From NCBI GenBank assembly GCA_963599475.1, contig CAVBXH010000001.1:4602-68601 (forward strand): a DNA stretch of 64,000 nucleotides. Reading direction: 5' to 3'. Of this stretch, positions 1 to 10,015 are shown in pieces (within the stretch, counting starts at the first letter, position 1; every line of letters begins with the position of its first letter). The stretch comes from Acutalibacteraceae bacterium (GTDB lineage: Bacteria > Bacteroidota > Bacteroidia > Bacteroidales > Bacteroidaceae). Position numbers and translations under genes: made by a program. The notes beneath the pieces were generated by a model. It saw only the letters and a program-made list of their open reading frames with translations. It made no database searches and had not been told where the DNA came from.

Positions 1-1044
1 AGCATGCGTATGGCAGTATTTCTTGATGTAAGGATAAGGTTCACCATGGGCAACAAGCATGCCGACGGAAGCATCCTTCCTGACATCGCCGTCCTCATAG
101 GCATTGATGATGTCGGGCGTGGGGATGTTGTAGCCCTCCACGATCCTTGCCACCTCTGGGATTCCGGTTACAGCCGAAGCCTCTTCTGCCGTAATGGGTT
201 GCGCAAGGAACACATAGAAGAAGTTGCTGGCGTAGCCGTCGTTGCCCTCCTTGAACTGCACCTCAAAGAGCGACTCGTCGTGGTTCTTGTTGGCAGGGTC
301 AAACACGTCGGCATAGTTGTCCAGGAGGCGATAACCGCTGATGGCTTTCAGCACCTGCTCCGCCTCAGCCCATCGCTTCAAGTTGATGTAGACATTGCCC
401 AGCAACATCCTTGCCGTTCCCGCAGAGACACGTCCGCTCTCCTGAGCGGCTTTTTCGGGCAGCAGTTCTATCGCCTGCTTGGCATCTGCCATCACTTGTT
501 CATAGACCTCATCCACGCTGGCCAGTGGCTGGGTGGCATCGCCCAGTTTCTTCACAGGTGTGAGATGCATGGGCACCTGGCCGAAATACTGCACCAGATC
601 GAAATAGGCAAAGGCGCGCAAGAACAGCGTCTGTCCTTTGATGTTGTTTTTCGCCTGCTGGTCAAACGTCACGTTGTCAATGTTTTCCAAGAGATAATTG
701 GCATTGGAGATGATACTGTAGTCGTCTGCATACTTGTGGTAAGACACGGAATTGTTGGCATCGTCCAGGAAATTCTTCACGAACTCTGCCGAAATCGTGC
801 CACGGTCGTTGGGGTTAAAGGCGTATGTCGTGTTGTCGGAACGCAATTCGCCCATGGCCCACGCACCGTCGCTCCCACTGTACAGGTCGCGCAGAATGGA
901 ATAGACACCGTTCAGTCCGTGTTCAAAGTCCTCCTGCGACTGGTAATACACATCTGTGCTCAGTGCCGTCTTGGAAGGAATATCCAGGAAATTGTCGCAA
1001 GAAGCCAGCAACAATCCTAAAAATAATATCTTAAAGTGTTTCAT
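1..1044 (-). CDS. susD: SusD/RagB family lipoprotein (runs off window start)
   Basis: Manual translation from the ATG at 1044: MKHFKILFLGLLLASCDNFLDIPSKTAL (lipobox LASC), later GQTLFLRAFAYFDLVQYFGQVP. Directly downstream of susC. Absent from the ORF track because it is truncated. Confidence 0.92.
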   Translation of the reverse strand, partial: MKHFKILFLGLLLASCDNFLDIPSKTALSTDVYYQSQEDFEHGLNGVYSILRDLYSGSDGAWAMGELRSDNTTYAFNPNDRGTISAEFVKNFLDDANNSVSYHKYADDYSIISNANYLLENIDNVTFDQQAKNNIKGQTLFLRAFAYFDLVQYFGQVPMHLTPVKKLGDATQPLASVDEVYEQVMADAKQAIELLPEKAAQESGRVSAGTARMLLGNVYINLKRWAEAEQVLKAISGYRLLDNYADVFDPANKNHDESLFEVQFKEGNDGYASNFFYVFLAQPITAEEASAVTGIPEVARIVEGYNIPTPDIINAYEDGDVRKDASVGMLVAHGEPYPYIKKYCHTHA

Positions 1045-1062
1045 AACAATGTCGTTTTACGG

Positions 1063-4000
1063 TTAAAAAGATAGGTTCAAACCCAAAGTGAAGGTTCTGG
1101 GTACGGGATAGGTGGAATAGTCAATGCCCTGCAACAAAGAGCTGGGCGTACTGCCGTCAAAGTTGGTGCCCACCTCTGGGTTGCCGTATTTATACTTGGT
1201 GAACACAAAAGGCTGCTGGACACTGAAATATACGCGCAGCGAGTTGATAAACCGGATGGCGTCCTTGGGCAAGGTGTAGCCCAGCGTGATGTTCTTAATC
1301 ATGAAGTAGCTACCGTCCTGTACGTATCTGGAATGGAACTGGTCGCGTTCCCTACCCGTTCCGCTGGTGGTCTTGCCATACTTCCCAGCACCGGGATTTT
1401 CCGGCGAACGCCACCGGTCCTTCACCTCCTTCAACACATTGAACAAGCCGTCCAAGTTGGTCATGCCCTGCTCCATGGGCGTGGCAATCTTGTTGCCGTA
1501 CGAACCTGTCATCAGGATGGCCAGGTCGAAGTTCTTGTAGTAGAAGGTGTTGGTCAGTCCGAAGGTGAACTTGGGCAAGGGATTGCCGATCTCCGTCTTG
1601 TCGCCTCCTACTTCATCATAGGTAATCTGTCCGTCGCCATTGACATCCCGGAACTTGATGGTGCCGACTTCCGAGTCCACAGCCTTGGGGGAATTGTCAT
1701 AGTCGTCCTGATCTTTGTACACGCCTTCCTGCACCATGCCATAGAACTGGCCGATGCGTCCACCGACCTTGGTGATGGTAGAGACGAAGCCGGTATAGGC
1801 CACCAGTTGGTCGGATAGTCCCGACAGGGCCAGCACCTTGTTGTCGCTGAAGGCGATGTTGAAGTTGGTCTCCCAGCGCAACGCACCAGTCAGGTTGTGG
1901 CTGTTGATGCTGAACTCATGACCCCAGAAGCGCAACTTGCCCACATTGCCCATGAAGTTGGAGAAACCGGACTCTCTCGGCACGGTAAGGGAATAGAGCA
2001 GGTTCTTGGTGGTCTTGTTGTAATAGTCGTACGTGAAGGTGATGCGGTTCTTCAGAAAGGAGAGGTCTACGCCGAAGTCAGCCTCCGCGGTCTTCTCCCA
2101 TCCCAGTTCCACATTGCCAAGATTGGTCACGCGAATGCCGCTTTCCACGGTAGAGCCGAACACGGCGTTAGCGTTGGAGACCACATTATACTGTGTGTAG
2201 TTACCGATGTTGTTGTTACCCGTAATACCATAGCTGGCACGGATCTTGAACAGCGACAACCAGTCCAGCGATTGCATGAACCGCTCCTCATTGACCAGCC
2301 AACCAGCGGAAACGGCCGGGAAGTTGCCCCAGCGGTTCTCCTTGCCGAAGCGGGAGGAACCGTCGCGGCGGATGCTGGCACTCAACAGGTACTTTTCCTT
2401 ATAGTTATAGTTGATACGTCCCAGGAAGGAAGCCATGCTCCACTCCTGAATGTCCTGCGTCGGGTTGTACTTCACCAAGGCCGCATCAATCGTCTGCACG
2501 CGGTCGTCGGCGAAGTTGCTGCCACTGATGCGGCTGTAGTCGCTTCTGAAACGCTGAGCGGTGAAACCAACCAAGACATCAAAGGTGTGGTCGCCGACGG
2601 TTTTCCCATAGGAAGCCGTATTCTCCCACAGCCACGAATAATATCTGTTGTTGGCATCGGCGATATTGGCATTGATGGAGCTGGGTGCTGCCGCGAAGGC
2701 TCTTCCGGCCGTGGAGGGCTGGAAATAGAAATGGTTCTCAGCACCGATGTCCGTACCCAGTGAGGTTTTCAGCTGCATGCCTTCCATCGGCTTTACCTCC
2801 AACGCCGTGTTGGCCAACAAGCGTTTGATGGTGCGCTGGTTCCTGATGTCCTTGATGGAACGCACCCAGTTCGGCGTGTCTACGGACGTCACACCGGGTG
2901 TCGTCACTGCCACAGGATAGTTGCCGTCTTCATCCTGATACTTCAAGATGGGAGAGGTCAGGGCTGCATTGGCCAACAGTCCTCCGCCACTGAAGAAAGC
3001 GCCGTCGGTGGAGGGTCTGTTCTCGAAGCTGTAGGTTGGAGCGACGCTGAAAGTCAGCTTGACCCGTTTGTTGATATTAAACTCGGAATTGGAGCGGGCC
3101 GAGAAACGGTTGTAGTCCGAGTTCAGCACGACACCGTCTTGGTTGAAGAATCCCAAAACCAAGGAGGTGGAGAACCGCTCCGAACCGCCACGGATGGCTA
3201 CGTTGTAGTCCTGAATGACCGCATCTCTCAACATGGCATCATACCAGTCGGTGCCCGTACCATACTGAGAAGGATTCTGGTAGGCTTCGGGAACGGCAAT
3301 GCCCAGGTCTTCGTAAGACTCTTTCTTGAATTGTGCCCATTCCGTGGCATTCATCATGTCCGGCCTTCCCTTCTGCGGAACGCTCTGAATACCCATATAC
3401 GCATTGACATCCACGCTCGTCTTTCCCACCTTGCCTTTCTTGGTGGTAATCATCACCACGCCAAAGGCGGCACGAGAGCCGTAAAGGGCGGTAGCCGACG
3501 CGTCCTTCAACACAGATATGGACTCGATTTCGTTGGGGTTAATGCTGTTGATGTCGCCCACGAGCGGGAAGCCGTCCACCACATACAGCGGCGTGGCGGT
3601 AGTGGACAGTGAGGCGGCACCGCGAATCTTGACACTGATCCCCTGACCGGGAACACCCGTACCTTGACTGACCTGCACGCCAGCCAGCTTACCCTGAATC
3701 TTCTGCGAGAACTGTCCTGCAGGAATGTCGCCCAGCTCATCAAAGTTAATGGTTCCGATGGAGCCAGTAATGTCACGCTTGGTCTGCGTACCGTACGCTG
3801 TGACCACGACAGCGTCGAGCTGCTTGACATTCTCCGCCAGAGTCACATGCATGGACCGTTGTCCCTGCACAGTCACCTCCTTGGAGTTGTAGCCGACATA
3901 AGAAACGACGATCTTGGCTTTTTCCGGCACTTCAATACTAAAATTGCCGTCCAAATCGGTGATGCCACCGGCACCGCTCTGGCCTGCCACCTGCACCGTA

Positions 4001-4419
4001 GCACCGATGAGCGGTTCGCCCTGCTGGTCGGTCACCTTGCCTGTGACCTTGCGTCGGGAGGCGGCATTGGTTTCAGGAGCGGTCTGACGGTTCTCGTCGA
4101 CACTCAATACGATGATTTTATCAATGACCTTATACGAGATATTCGTGCCTGCAAACAATTTCTTCAGCACCGAGGCGAGTTCCTCGTTGCTGGCCTTGAG
4201 AGACACGGTTCGGGTCAGGTTGACCTGATTGTTGTAGAAAAATTTGTAGCCCGTTTGTGCCTCAATCTGCGACATCACGGTTTGCACCGTAGCAGATTTG
4301 CTGTCCACAGATATTTTTTGTGCGTGGACAGACACCACGCCGAGTACATTGATTAGCAAAAAAAGCAAAAAAAATGTTACTCTGCGCTGAAAAGTCTTTG
4401 TTTTTAGTTGTTTTTTCAT
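1063..4419 (-). CDS. susC: SusC/RagA TonB-dependent transporter with N-terminal STN signalling domain
   Basis: STN-like N-terminus (IEAQTGYKFFY), CarboxypepD-like domain, plug motif LKDASATALYGSRAAFGVVMITTK, C-terminal YPVPRTFTLGLNLSF. Start placed at MKKQLK. Confidence 0.95.
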   Translation of the reverse strand: MKKQLKTKTFQRRVTFFLLFLLINVLGVVSVHAQKISVDSKSATVQTVMSQIEAQTGYKFFYNNQVNLTRTVSLKASNEELASVLKKLFAGTNISYKVIDKIIVLSVDENRQTAPETNAASRRKVTGKVTDQQGEPLIGATVQVAGQSGAGGITDLDGNFSIEVPEKAKIVVSYVGYNSKEVTVQGQRSMHVTLAENVKQLDAVVVTAYGTQTKRDITGSIGTINFDELGDIPAGQFSQKIQGKLAGVQVSQGTGVPGQGISVKIRGAASLSTTATPLYVVDGFPLVGDINSINPNEIESISVLKDASATALYGSRAAFGVVMITTKKGKVGKTSVDVNAYMGIQSVPQKGRPDMMNATEWAQFKKESYEDLGIAVPEAYQNPSQYGTGTDWYDAMLRDAVIQDYNVAIRGGSERFSTSLVLGFFNQDGVVLNSDYNRFSARSNSEFNINKRVKLTFSVAPTYSFENRPSTDGAFFSGGGLLANAALTSPILKYQDEDGNYPVAVTTPGVTSVDTPNWVRSIKDIRNQRTIKRLLANTALEVKPMEGMQLKTSLGTDIGAENHFYFQPSTAGRAFAAAPSSINANIADANNRYYSWLWENTASYGKTVGDHTFDVLVGFTAQRFRSDYSRISGSNFADDRVQTIDAALVKYNPTQDIQEWSMASFLGRINYNYKEKYLLSASIRRDGSSRFGKENRWGNFPAVSAGWLVNEERFMQSLDWLSLFKIRASYGITGNNNIGNYTQYNVVSNANAVFGSTVESGIRVTNLGNVELGWEKTAEADFGVDLSFLKNRITFTYDYYNKTTKNLLYSLTVPRESGFSNFMGNVGKLRFWGHEFSINSHNLTGALRWETNFNIAFSDNKVLALSGLSDQLVAYTGFVSTITKVGGRIGQFYGMVQEGVYKDQDDYDNSPKAVDSEVGTIKFRDVNGDGQITYDEVGGDKTEIGNPLPKFTFGLTNTFYYKNFDLAILMTGSYGNKIATPMEQGMTNLDGLFNVLKEVKDRWRSPENPGAGKYGKTTSGTGRERDQFHSRYVQDGSYFMIKNITLGYTLPKDAIRFINSLRVYFSVQQPFVFTKYKYGNPEVGTNFDGSTPSSLLQGIDYSTYPVPRTFTLGLNLSF

Positions 4420-4475
4420 ACTTTTGTAATGGTTAATGGTAATATACTGTTTGTCTTTCGGCAAACTGTTGTTAC

Positions 4476-4515
4476 AAAAACTGATGCAGGATGGTATGGC
4501 CGTACCGTTCTGCAT
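4476..4515 (-). terminator. Hairpin plus short U-run in the fecR-susC intergenic region
   Basis: Minus strand reads ATGCAGAACGGTAC-GGCC-ATACCATCCTGCAT followed by CAGTTTTT (imperfect stem). Confidence 0.5.
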
Positions 4516-4569
4516 TTTCTATTGGCGGGTTATGGTGATGATTTGTTCATACGCTTACGCTGTTTAGGG

Positions 4570-5589
4570 TTAATACACTTCGATGGTTTGTCTCACCTCG
4601 TTCATATTCTTGTTTTTCGCATATCTGAACTGGATGTTTGACGACAGTTCCAAGATTTCCAACACACGATCCAGACGTTGTTTCTCCAGCGTTCCAGTGA
4701 AGGAGTTTTGGTAGACGGCCTTGTTCTTGACCACGAAATGGACCTCATAACGCTTGGACAAAGTATGAAGCACATCCTTGATGGAGGTTTTTCTAAAAAT
4801 CAACTTATCCATCGTCCATGCCGTCACGACATCCACATCGGCGGCAGCGACCGCCACTTGTTTTCTGGCGTTGTCGTAGACGATTTTCTCGCCCGGCACG
4901 ATTTTACGTTCCCGGTCCTTGCAGCGGCTGTCTTTATACAACAAGGCGATGCTGCCCTCTTCCAGCGTAGCCGTGAACGTCTGTTGTTCGGGGTAGGTCT
5001 CCATGTCAAATCGGGTTCCGTACACTTTCACCGCAGCGTCTTTGGAAGGGATGGTCACGATAAAGGGATGTTCGGCATCCTTCGTGACCGAGAAGTAAGC
5101 CTCTCCCGTCAAGGACAACCGGCGTTCGTCGCCCTGGAACTGGGCGGGGTAGGACAGCACGGAATTGGAATTCAAGGTGACCTGTGTTCCGTCTGGCAGC
5201 GTCGTACTTGCAGTCATGCCTGGTGCAGTGCGTAGGGTCAGCATCTGGATGTCTGCCGCACCTTCGTTGCGGTTCATCTGCCACAGGAAGAGCAGAAACA
5301 GCGGCAAGAACAAAACAGCAGCCACCCGTTCGACTCTCCTCACCCACACCTTTAGTCTGTTGCGGCAAATCCGCTGATGAACAGCGGCCAGTGCATCCTC
5401 CACGTCCACGCTGTCCATAGTGAAGAGCGCGTCGGTGTCCCGATACAGCGACAACTCCCGTTCGAGGATTGCGCGGTGCGCCTCGTCCTCCTCCAGCCAC
5501 TGCTCCACGCGGGCAGTCTGTTCAGACGTGGCTGTTCCCTCAATATAAAGGAGAAGCAGGTCTTCCATGGGCAGTTCTTTTTCCTTCAT
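4570..5589 (-). CDS. FecR family anti-sigma factor
   Basis: One TM helix; TLPDGTQVTLNSNS, LTGEAYFSV, VKVYGTRF motifs; lies between an ECF sigma and an STN-bearing susC. Confidence 0.95.
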   Translation of the reverse strand: MKEKELPMEDLLLLYIEGTATSEQTARVEQWLEEDEAHRAILERELSLYRDTDALFTMDSVDVEDALAAVHQRICRNRLKVWVRRVERVAAVLFLPLFLLFLWQMNRNEGAADIQMLTLRTAPGMTASTTLPDGTQVTLNSNSVLSYPAQFQGDERRLSLTGEAYFSVTKDAEHPFIVTIPSKDAAVKVYGTRFDMETYPEQQTFTATLEEGSIALLYKDSRCKDRERKIVPGEKIVYDNARKQVAVAAADVDVVTAWTMDKLIFRKTSIKDVLHTLSKRYEVHFVVKNKAVYQNSFTGTLEKQRLDRVLEILELSSNIQFRYAKNKNMNEVRQTIEVY

Positions 5590-5719
5590 TCACGGTTCCT
5601 TTTTATACGTATGACAGTTGTGCAGCAACAATTCCTAAACAAAAAATGGATTTTGTGCGTTTTATTTTGCTTTTTCTCAAAAATGCACTAATTTTGTCCC
5701 ACGATTAGCAGGCACACCT

Positions 5720-6295
5720 ATGGAATCTAAAACATCCTTAGACGAAGACAAAATACTATTGGCCTTACTCAGAGACGACAGTATAGAGGCCTTCAATGCG
5801 CTCTTCCGCAAATACTACAGGCCGCTGTGCGCCTACGCCCACAGGTTTGTCGTGCGCGAAGACGTAGAGGAGGTTGTGCAGGATTTGTTCGTGTGGCTGT
5901 GGGAGAACCGCCATCGAGTAGCGGTTCATGCGGCACTGTCCGTATATCTTTTCCGCGCCGTTTATGCCAGATGTCTGAACAGGATAGAGAGCAACGAGAC
6001 CAAACGACGAATAGAGGCACAATACTGGGAGAGGCACATCGACCATTGTAACATGGAAGACTATCAAACCGAAGAACTCATCACCCGTATCCATGCGTCC
6101 ATCCAGCAACTGCCGGACAGTTACCGACAGGCGTTTGTTATGCACCGTTTCCAGGACAAAAGCTACAAGAACATTGCTTCGGAGCTGAATGTGTCAGCGA
6201 AAACCGTGGACTACAGAATACAACAAGCACTAAAGCTGCTACGGGAGGATCTGAAAGAATACCTGCCCGTCGCAACCACACTGCTTCTCCTTTAG
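5720..6295 (+). CDS. ECF-type RNA polymerase sigma-70 factor
   Basis: EEVVQDLFVWLWENR region 2 and SYKNIASELNVSAKTVDYRI region 4; divergent from fecR; TAATTTTG -7 motif at 5689-5696. Confidence 0.95.
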   Translation: MESKTSLDEDKILLALLRDDSIEAFNALFRKYYRPLCAYAHRFVVREDVEEVVQDLFVWLWENRHRVAVHAALSVYLFRAVYARCLNRIESNETKRRIEAQYWERHIDHCNMEDYQTEELITRIHASIQQLPDSYRQAFVMHRFQDKSYKNIASELNVSAKTVDYRIQQALKLLREDLKEYLPVATTLLLL

Positions 6296-6314
6296 GCTAT
6301 CAGTCCCAGCCTTC

Positions 6315-6695
6315 CTACCCGTTTTTCCACAAGCCGTGCAGGTTGCAATACTCGCGGGCGGCCACGTCCTTGGCGGCTGCCGTGGTCTGAAAGACGGCCT
6401 CTGGTTTCTCGCCGGGCTGCAACTCATAGCGCAGCACGTCGGTGGGGGTGAGCAGCTCTATCCACTGGATATAATGCTCCGGCAGCATCGGATGCTCCAC
6501 ACTGCCCACACTCACCCGATAGCCGCCCTCGACAGGCTCTATCACGGGCACATGTTTCTCCTTGGCACCGTCGGTGGTATTCTCCTTCATGTGCTTCATG
6601 GGCTGGCCGCAGCAACTGAGTGCTGCTCCCGGGTTCACCACTTCCACCACGTTGCCGCACACCGTGCAACGGTAGATTTCTCGGTTCTTTGTCAT
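6315..6695 (-). CDS. dfx: Desulfoferrodoxin (2Fe superoxide reductase)
   Basis: CxxC...CC desulforedoxin centre; EKHVP, HPM, EHYI and CNLHG iron-ligand motifs. Confidence 0.95.
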   Translation of the reverse strand: MTKNREIYRCTVCGNVVEVVNPGAALSCCGQPMKHMKENTTDGAKEKHVPVIEPVEGGYRVSVGSVEHPMLPEHYIQWIELLTPTDVLRYELQPGEKPEAVFQTTAAAKDVAAREYCNLHGLWKNG

Positions 6696-6808
6696 AGTCA
6701 GTCCTCCAAAATGAATGTTAACGGGACAAAGTTACGCTTTATTCCGACACCGTCCAAGTATTTTTAGGAAAATGATGTTAAAAGGCGAACAAACTCACCG
6801 AAGTCTGT

Positions 6809-7597
6809 TTAGCCGTGCAGCATGATGCCGTTGTAGATTCTGCCGCTGTCTATGCCGAGCCGCCGTGCTGAGAAGAATAAGTCGGACTGGGCATAGGTGC
6901 AGATGTCGGAGCGGATGATGCGGTCGGCCGGAACCCCCTGTTGCAACAGTTGCAGGCGGTTGCAGACGAGCAGGTCAATGTGCCATTTCACTTCCTTCCT
7001 ACTGATGTCCTCCATGGGGAAGTCGGCCGCGGCAAACTGCTGCCACACCTCGTCGCCCACTTCAAAATGGTCGATGCTGATGCCCGGTCCTATCGCTGCG
7101 ACGAGTGCCGACGGCTGTGTGCCATACGCCTGTCGCATGGCTTCAACGGCCTTGCCCACAATGCGGTGCAGCGTGCCTCGCCATCCGGCATGGACGGCAC
7201 AGACGGCATGGTGGGCTGCATCGTAGAGCAACACAGGAATGCAGTCGGCTGTCGACACACCGACACACACGCCCGTAAGGTCGGTCATCACCGCATCCAC
7301 CCCGTCGAGGAGACTGTCGCGAGCGTCCATAGGCAGTTCCAAAACACGGCGGTCTATCCGCCTCACCACCGTGCCGTGCACCTGATGCGGCACGATGAGC
7401 CGCGACGGATGGATGCCCAGTCGCTGGCAGAGTGCTGCACGATTGGCCGCCACGTGTGTCTCGTTGTCTCCACAATAGAGGTTGATATTGAAAGAGGCGT
7501 AGCGTCCCTCGCTGCATCCGCCCTGTCGGGTGGTGCTGAAGGCCGTTACGCCACTCCCCATGGCATACTCCTGCCACTGCGGCAGGCTATGCTTCAT
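6809..7597 (-). CDS. pgeF: PgeF/YfiH family peptidoglycan editing factor (purine nucleoside phosphorylase-like)
   Basis: [31 protein letters not shown] motifs. Start MKHSLP overlaps the obgE stop. Confidence 0.9.
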   Translation of the reverse strand: MKHSLPQWQEYAMGSGVTAFSTTRQGGCSEGRYASFNINLYCGDNETHVAANRAALCQRLGIHPSRLIVPHQVHGTVVRRIDRRVLELPMDARDSLLDGVDAVMTDLTGVCVGVSTADCIPVLLYDAAHHAVCAVHAGWRGTLHRIVGKAVEAMRQAYGTQPSALVAAIGPGISIDHFEVGDEVWQQFAAADFPMEDISRKEVKWHIDLLVCNRLQLLQQGVPADRIIRSDICTYAQSDLFFSARRLGIDSGRIYNGIMLHG

Positions 7598-8762
7598 CGT
7601 CTTCGTATTCAAAATCCTCAAGGTCGTCCACATCCTCCACGTCGACATCGTCGAGGAAGACGATTTCCTCATCCTCGCCCTCGTCGGCCATTTCACGGGC
7701 AAACGCCGACATCTCCTTGTCGCGATGGACGACGTGCTCCTCGCCGATGGCCGTGGCCAGCTTGTTGCTCTCGTCGTTCAGCTCCGTCCAGAGCACGTCC
7801 TTCAGTTCGTCGAGTCCGCGATTGGCCACGGCAGAGATGAACACCACGGGCAGGTCGTCGGGCAGTGTCTCGCGCAGCATTTCTATCAACTCGTCGTCCA
7901 GCAGGTCGCACTTGGTGACGGCCAGCACCCGGTGTTTGTCGAGCAGCCCGGGGTTGAAGTTCCGCAACTCGTTGAGCAGGATTTCGTACTCGCGCTTGAT
8001 GTCGTCCGTATCGCCCGGCACCATGAAGAGCAGCAGCGAGTTGCGCTCGATGTGGCGCAGAAAGCGCAGACCGAGTCCCTTGCCCTCGCTGGCTCCCTCG
8101 ATGATGCCCGGAATGTCGGCCATCACGAACGACTTATTGTCGCGGTAGCCCACAATGCCCAGGCTGGGCTCCATCGTGGTGAAGGGATAGTTGGCAATCT
8201 TTGGGCGCGCATTCGACAAAGCCGACACCAGTGTCGACTTGCCGGCATTGGGAAATCCCACCAAGCCGACATCTGCCAGCAGCTTCAACTCCAGAATGAC
8301 GGTCATCTCCTGCATCGGCTCGCCGGGCTGCGCATAGCGCGGCGCCTGGTTGGTGGCCGTGCGGAACTGGAAATTGCCCAAACCGCCGCGTCCGCCCTTC
8401 AGGAGCACCACCTCCTGTCCGTCGTAGGTAACATCGCAGACATACTTGCCGGTTTCCGCATTGTAGACCACCGTGCCACAGGGCACGTCGATGTAGACAT
8501 CCTTGCCGTCCGTGCCGTGCCGCTTGTCGCGCCCACCATTGCCACCGTGTTCGGCAAAGATGTGGCGCTCATAGCGCAGGTGCAGCAGCGTCCAGTAGTT
8601 GTGGTTGCCGCGCAGAATGACGCTGCCGCCCTTGCCACCGTCGCCGCCGTCTGGTCCGCCGTTGGGGTTGTACTTCACGTGGCGCAGGTGCATAGATCCG
8701 CGTCCGCCCTTGCCCGATCGGCAACAGATTTTCACATAGTCTACGAAATTGCTTTCCGGCAT
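7587..8762 (-). CDS. obgE: GTPase ObgE/CgtA
   Basis: Gly-rich Obg domain; [12 protein letters not shown] and TKCD G-motifs. Confidence 0.98.
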   Translation of the reverse strand: MPESNFVDYVKICCRSGKGGRGSMHLRHVKYNPNGGPDGGDGGKGGSVILRGNHNYWTLLHLRYERHIFAEHGGNGGRDKRHGTDGKDVYIDVPCGTVVYNAETGKYVCDVTYDGQEVVLLKGGRGGLGNFQFRTATNQAPRYAQPGEPMQEMTVILELKLLADVGLVGFPNAGKSTLVSALSNARPKIANYPFTTMEPSLGIVGYRDNKSFVMADIPGIIEGASEGKGLGLRFLRHIERNSLLLFMVPGDTDDIKREYEILLNELRNFNPGLLDKHRVLAVTKCDLLDDELIEMLRETLPDDLPVVFISAVANRGLDELKDVLWTELNDESNKLATAIGEEHVVHRDKEMSAFAREMADEGEDEEIVFLDDVDVEDVDDLEDFEYEDDEA

Positions 8763-8780
8763 GTCTGTCGTTTTACGATT

Positions 8781-9353
8781 TTACAGATTGTCGATGACCT
8801 GCTGGATGTCGCTGAAGATGCGATCCAGTGTGCCCAGTCCGTTGATGTGGTGGTGCAGTCCCTCCTGCTTGTACCATTCCACGAGGGGCATGGTCTGCGA
8901 GTGGTAGACGGTGAGGCGCTTCTTGATGGTCTCCTCGTTGTCGTCCGAACGGCCGCTCTCCTTGCCGCGCTTGATGAGGCGCGTCATCAGTTCGTCCTCG
9001 GGCACGTCCAGTTCTATCATCGCTGCCACCTTATGGCCGCGCTCGCTGAGCATCTGCTTCAAGGCTTCTGCCTGCGGAATGGTGCGGGGGAAACCGTCGA
9101 AGATCACGCCAGCGTGCTCCTTTCCAAACGTGTCGTAGACGCTGGCCAGAATGTCTATCATTAGCGCGTCGGGAATCAACGCACCCTTTTCAATATAGCC
9201 CTGGGCGGTCTTGCCCAACTCTGTGCCGTTTTTGATTTCACTGCGTAGCACATCGCCCGTGGAGATGTGTCCCAAACCATACTTCTCAATCAGCAGATCG
9301 CTCTGCGTTCCCTTGCCGGAGCCCGGAGCTCCGAAGATTACAATGTTCTTCAT
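8781..9353 (-). CDS. adk: Adenylate kinase
   Basis: GAPGSGKGTQ, HISTGD, DGFPRT, RSDD motifs. Confidence 0.98.
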   Translation of the reverse strand: MKNIVIFGAPGSGKGTQSDLLIEKYGLGHISTGDVLRSEIKNGTELGKTAQGYIEKGALIPDALMIDILASVYDTFGKEHAGVIFDGFPRTIPQAEALKQMLSERGHKVAAMIELDVPEDELMTRLIKRGKESGRSDDNEETIKKRLTVYHSQTMPLVEWYKQEGLHHHINGLGTLDRIFSDIQQVIDNL

Positions 9354-9378
9354 TTTTTGCGTTTATTGTTGTTTATCC

Positions 9379-9924
9379 TTACTTTTCGATGTTTTTCAGC
9401 CGGTAGATTTCCTTCAGCTGCCGCCCCTGCTGGTCGTAGTCCAGGCCGTAGCCCACGATGAAATCGTTGGGAAGGTTGAAAGCTACATAGGGGACGTCCA
9501 GTGGGGTCTGCAGCCGTTCGGGCTTCATGCTCAAGGTGCAGATGATCACGCGCGCCGCATGGTGTTTCTCCAGTTCGTTGATGATGTTCCGCATGGTCAG
9601 TCCGCTCTCTATGATGTCCTCCACGATGACCACGGTGCGCCCTGTGAGGTCGCGGTCCACGCCAATCAGTTGCTTGACCTGCCCTGTCGAGGTCGTCCCC
9701 TCATAACTGGCCACCTTGACGAAGGTCACCTCGCAGGGAATCGTGACCTCGCGCAGCAGGTCGGCGGCGAAGATGAACGATCCGTTCAGCACAGCCATAA
9801 ACAACGGATTTTGCCCGTCAAGGTCTGCGCTAATCTGCCGACCAAGCTCCTGTACGCGCTGTCTGATTTCCGCTTCGGATATTGATGTTTCGAACGTTTT
9901 ATCCTTAATCTTTACGACTCCCAT
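9379..9924 (-). CDS. hpt: Hypoxanthine phosphoribosyltransferase
   Basis: VLNGSFIF, IVEDIIESGLT, FIVGYGLDY motifs. Start placed at MGVVKIK. Confidence 0.95.
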   Translation of the reverse strand: MGVVKIKDKTFETSISEAEIRQRVQELGRQISADLDGQNPLFMAVLNGSFIFAADLLREVTIPCEVTFVKVASYEGTTSTGQVKQLIGVDRDLTGRTVVIVEDIIESGLTMRNIINELEKHHAARVIICTLSMKPERLQTPLDVPYVAFNLPNDFIVGYGLDYDQQGRQLKEIYRLKNIEK

Positions 9925-10015
9925 GGACAAGAAATATAAAATTTCGTGCAAAATTACGAAAATTTCGGCAAAAGATACCTATCTATTACTATATTTTTGC
10001 TAATTTTGCACAGGA

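Noticed and set aside
4358..4374. A7/A8 runs in the first susC signal-peptide region as a phase switch
   Set aside because: The frame is intact and the runs are explained by Phe/Leu codons.
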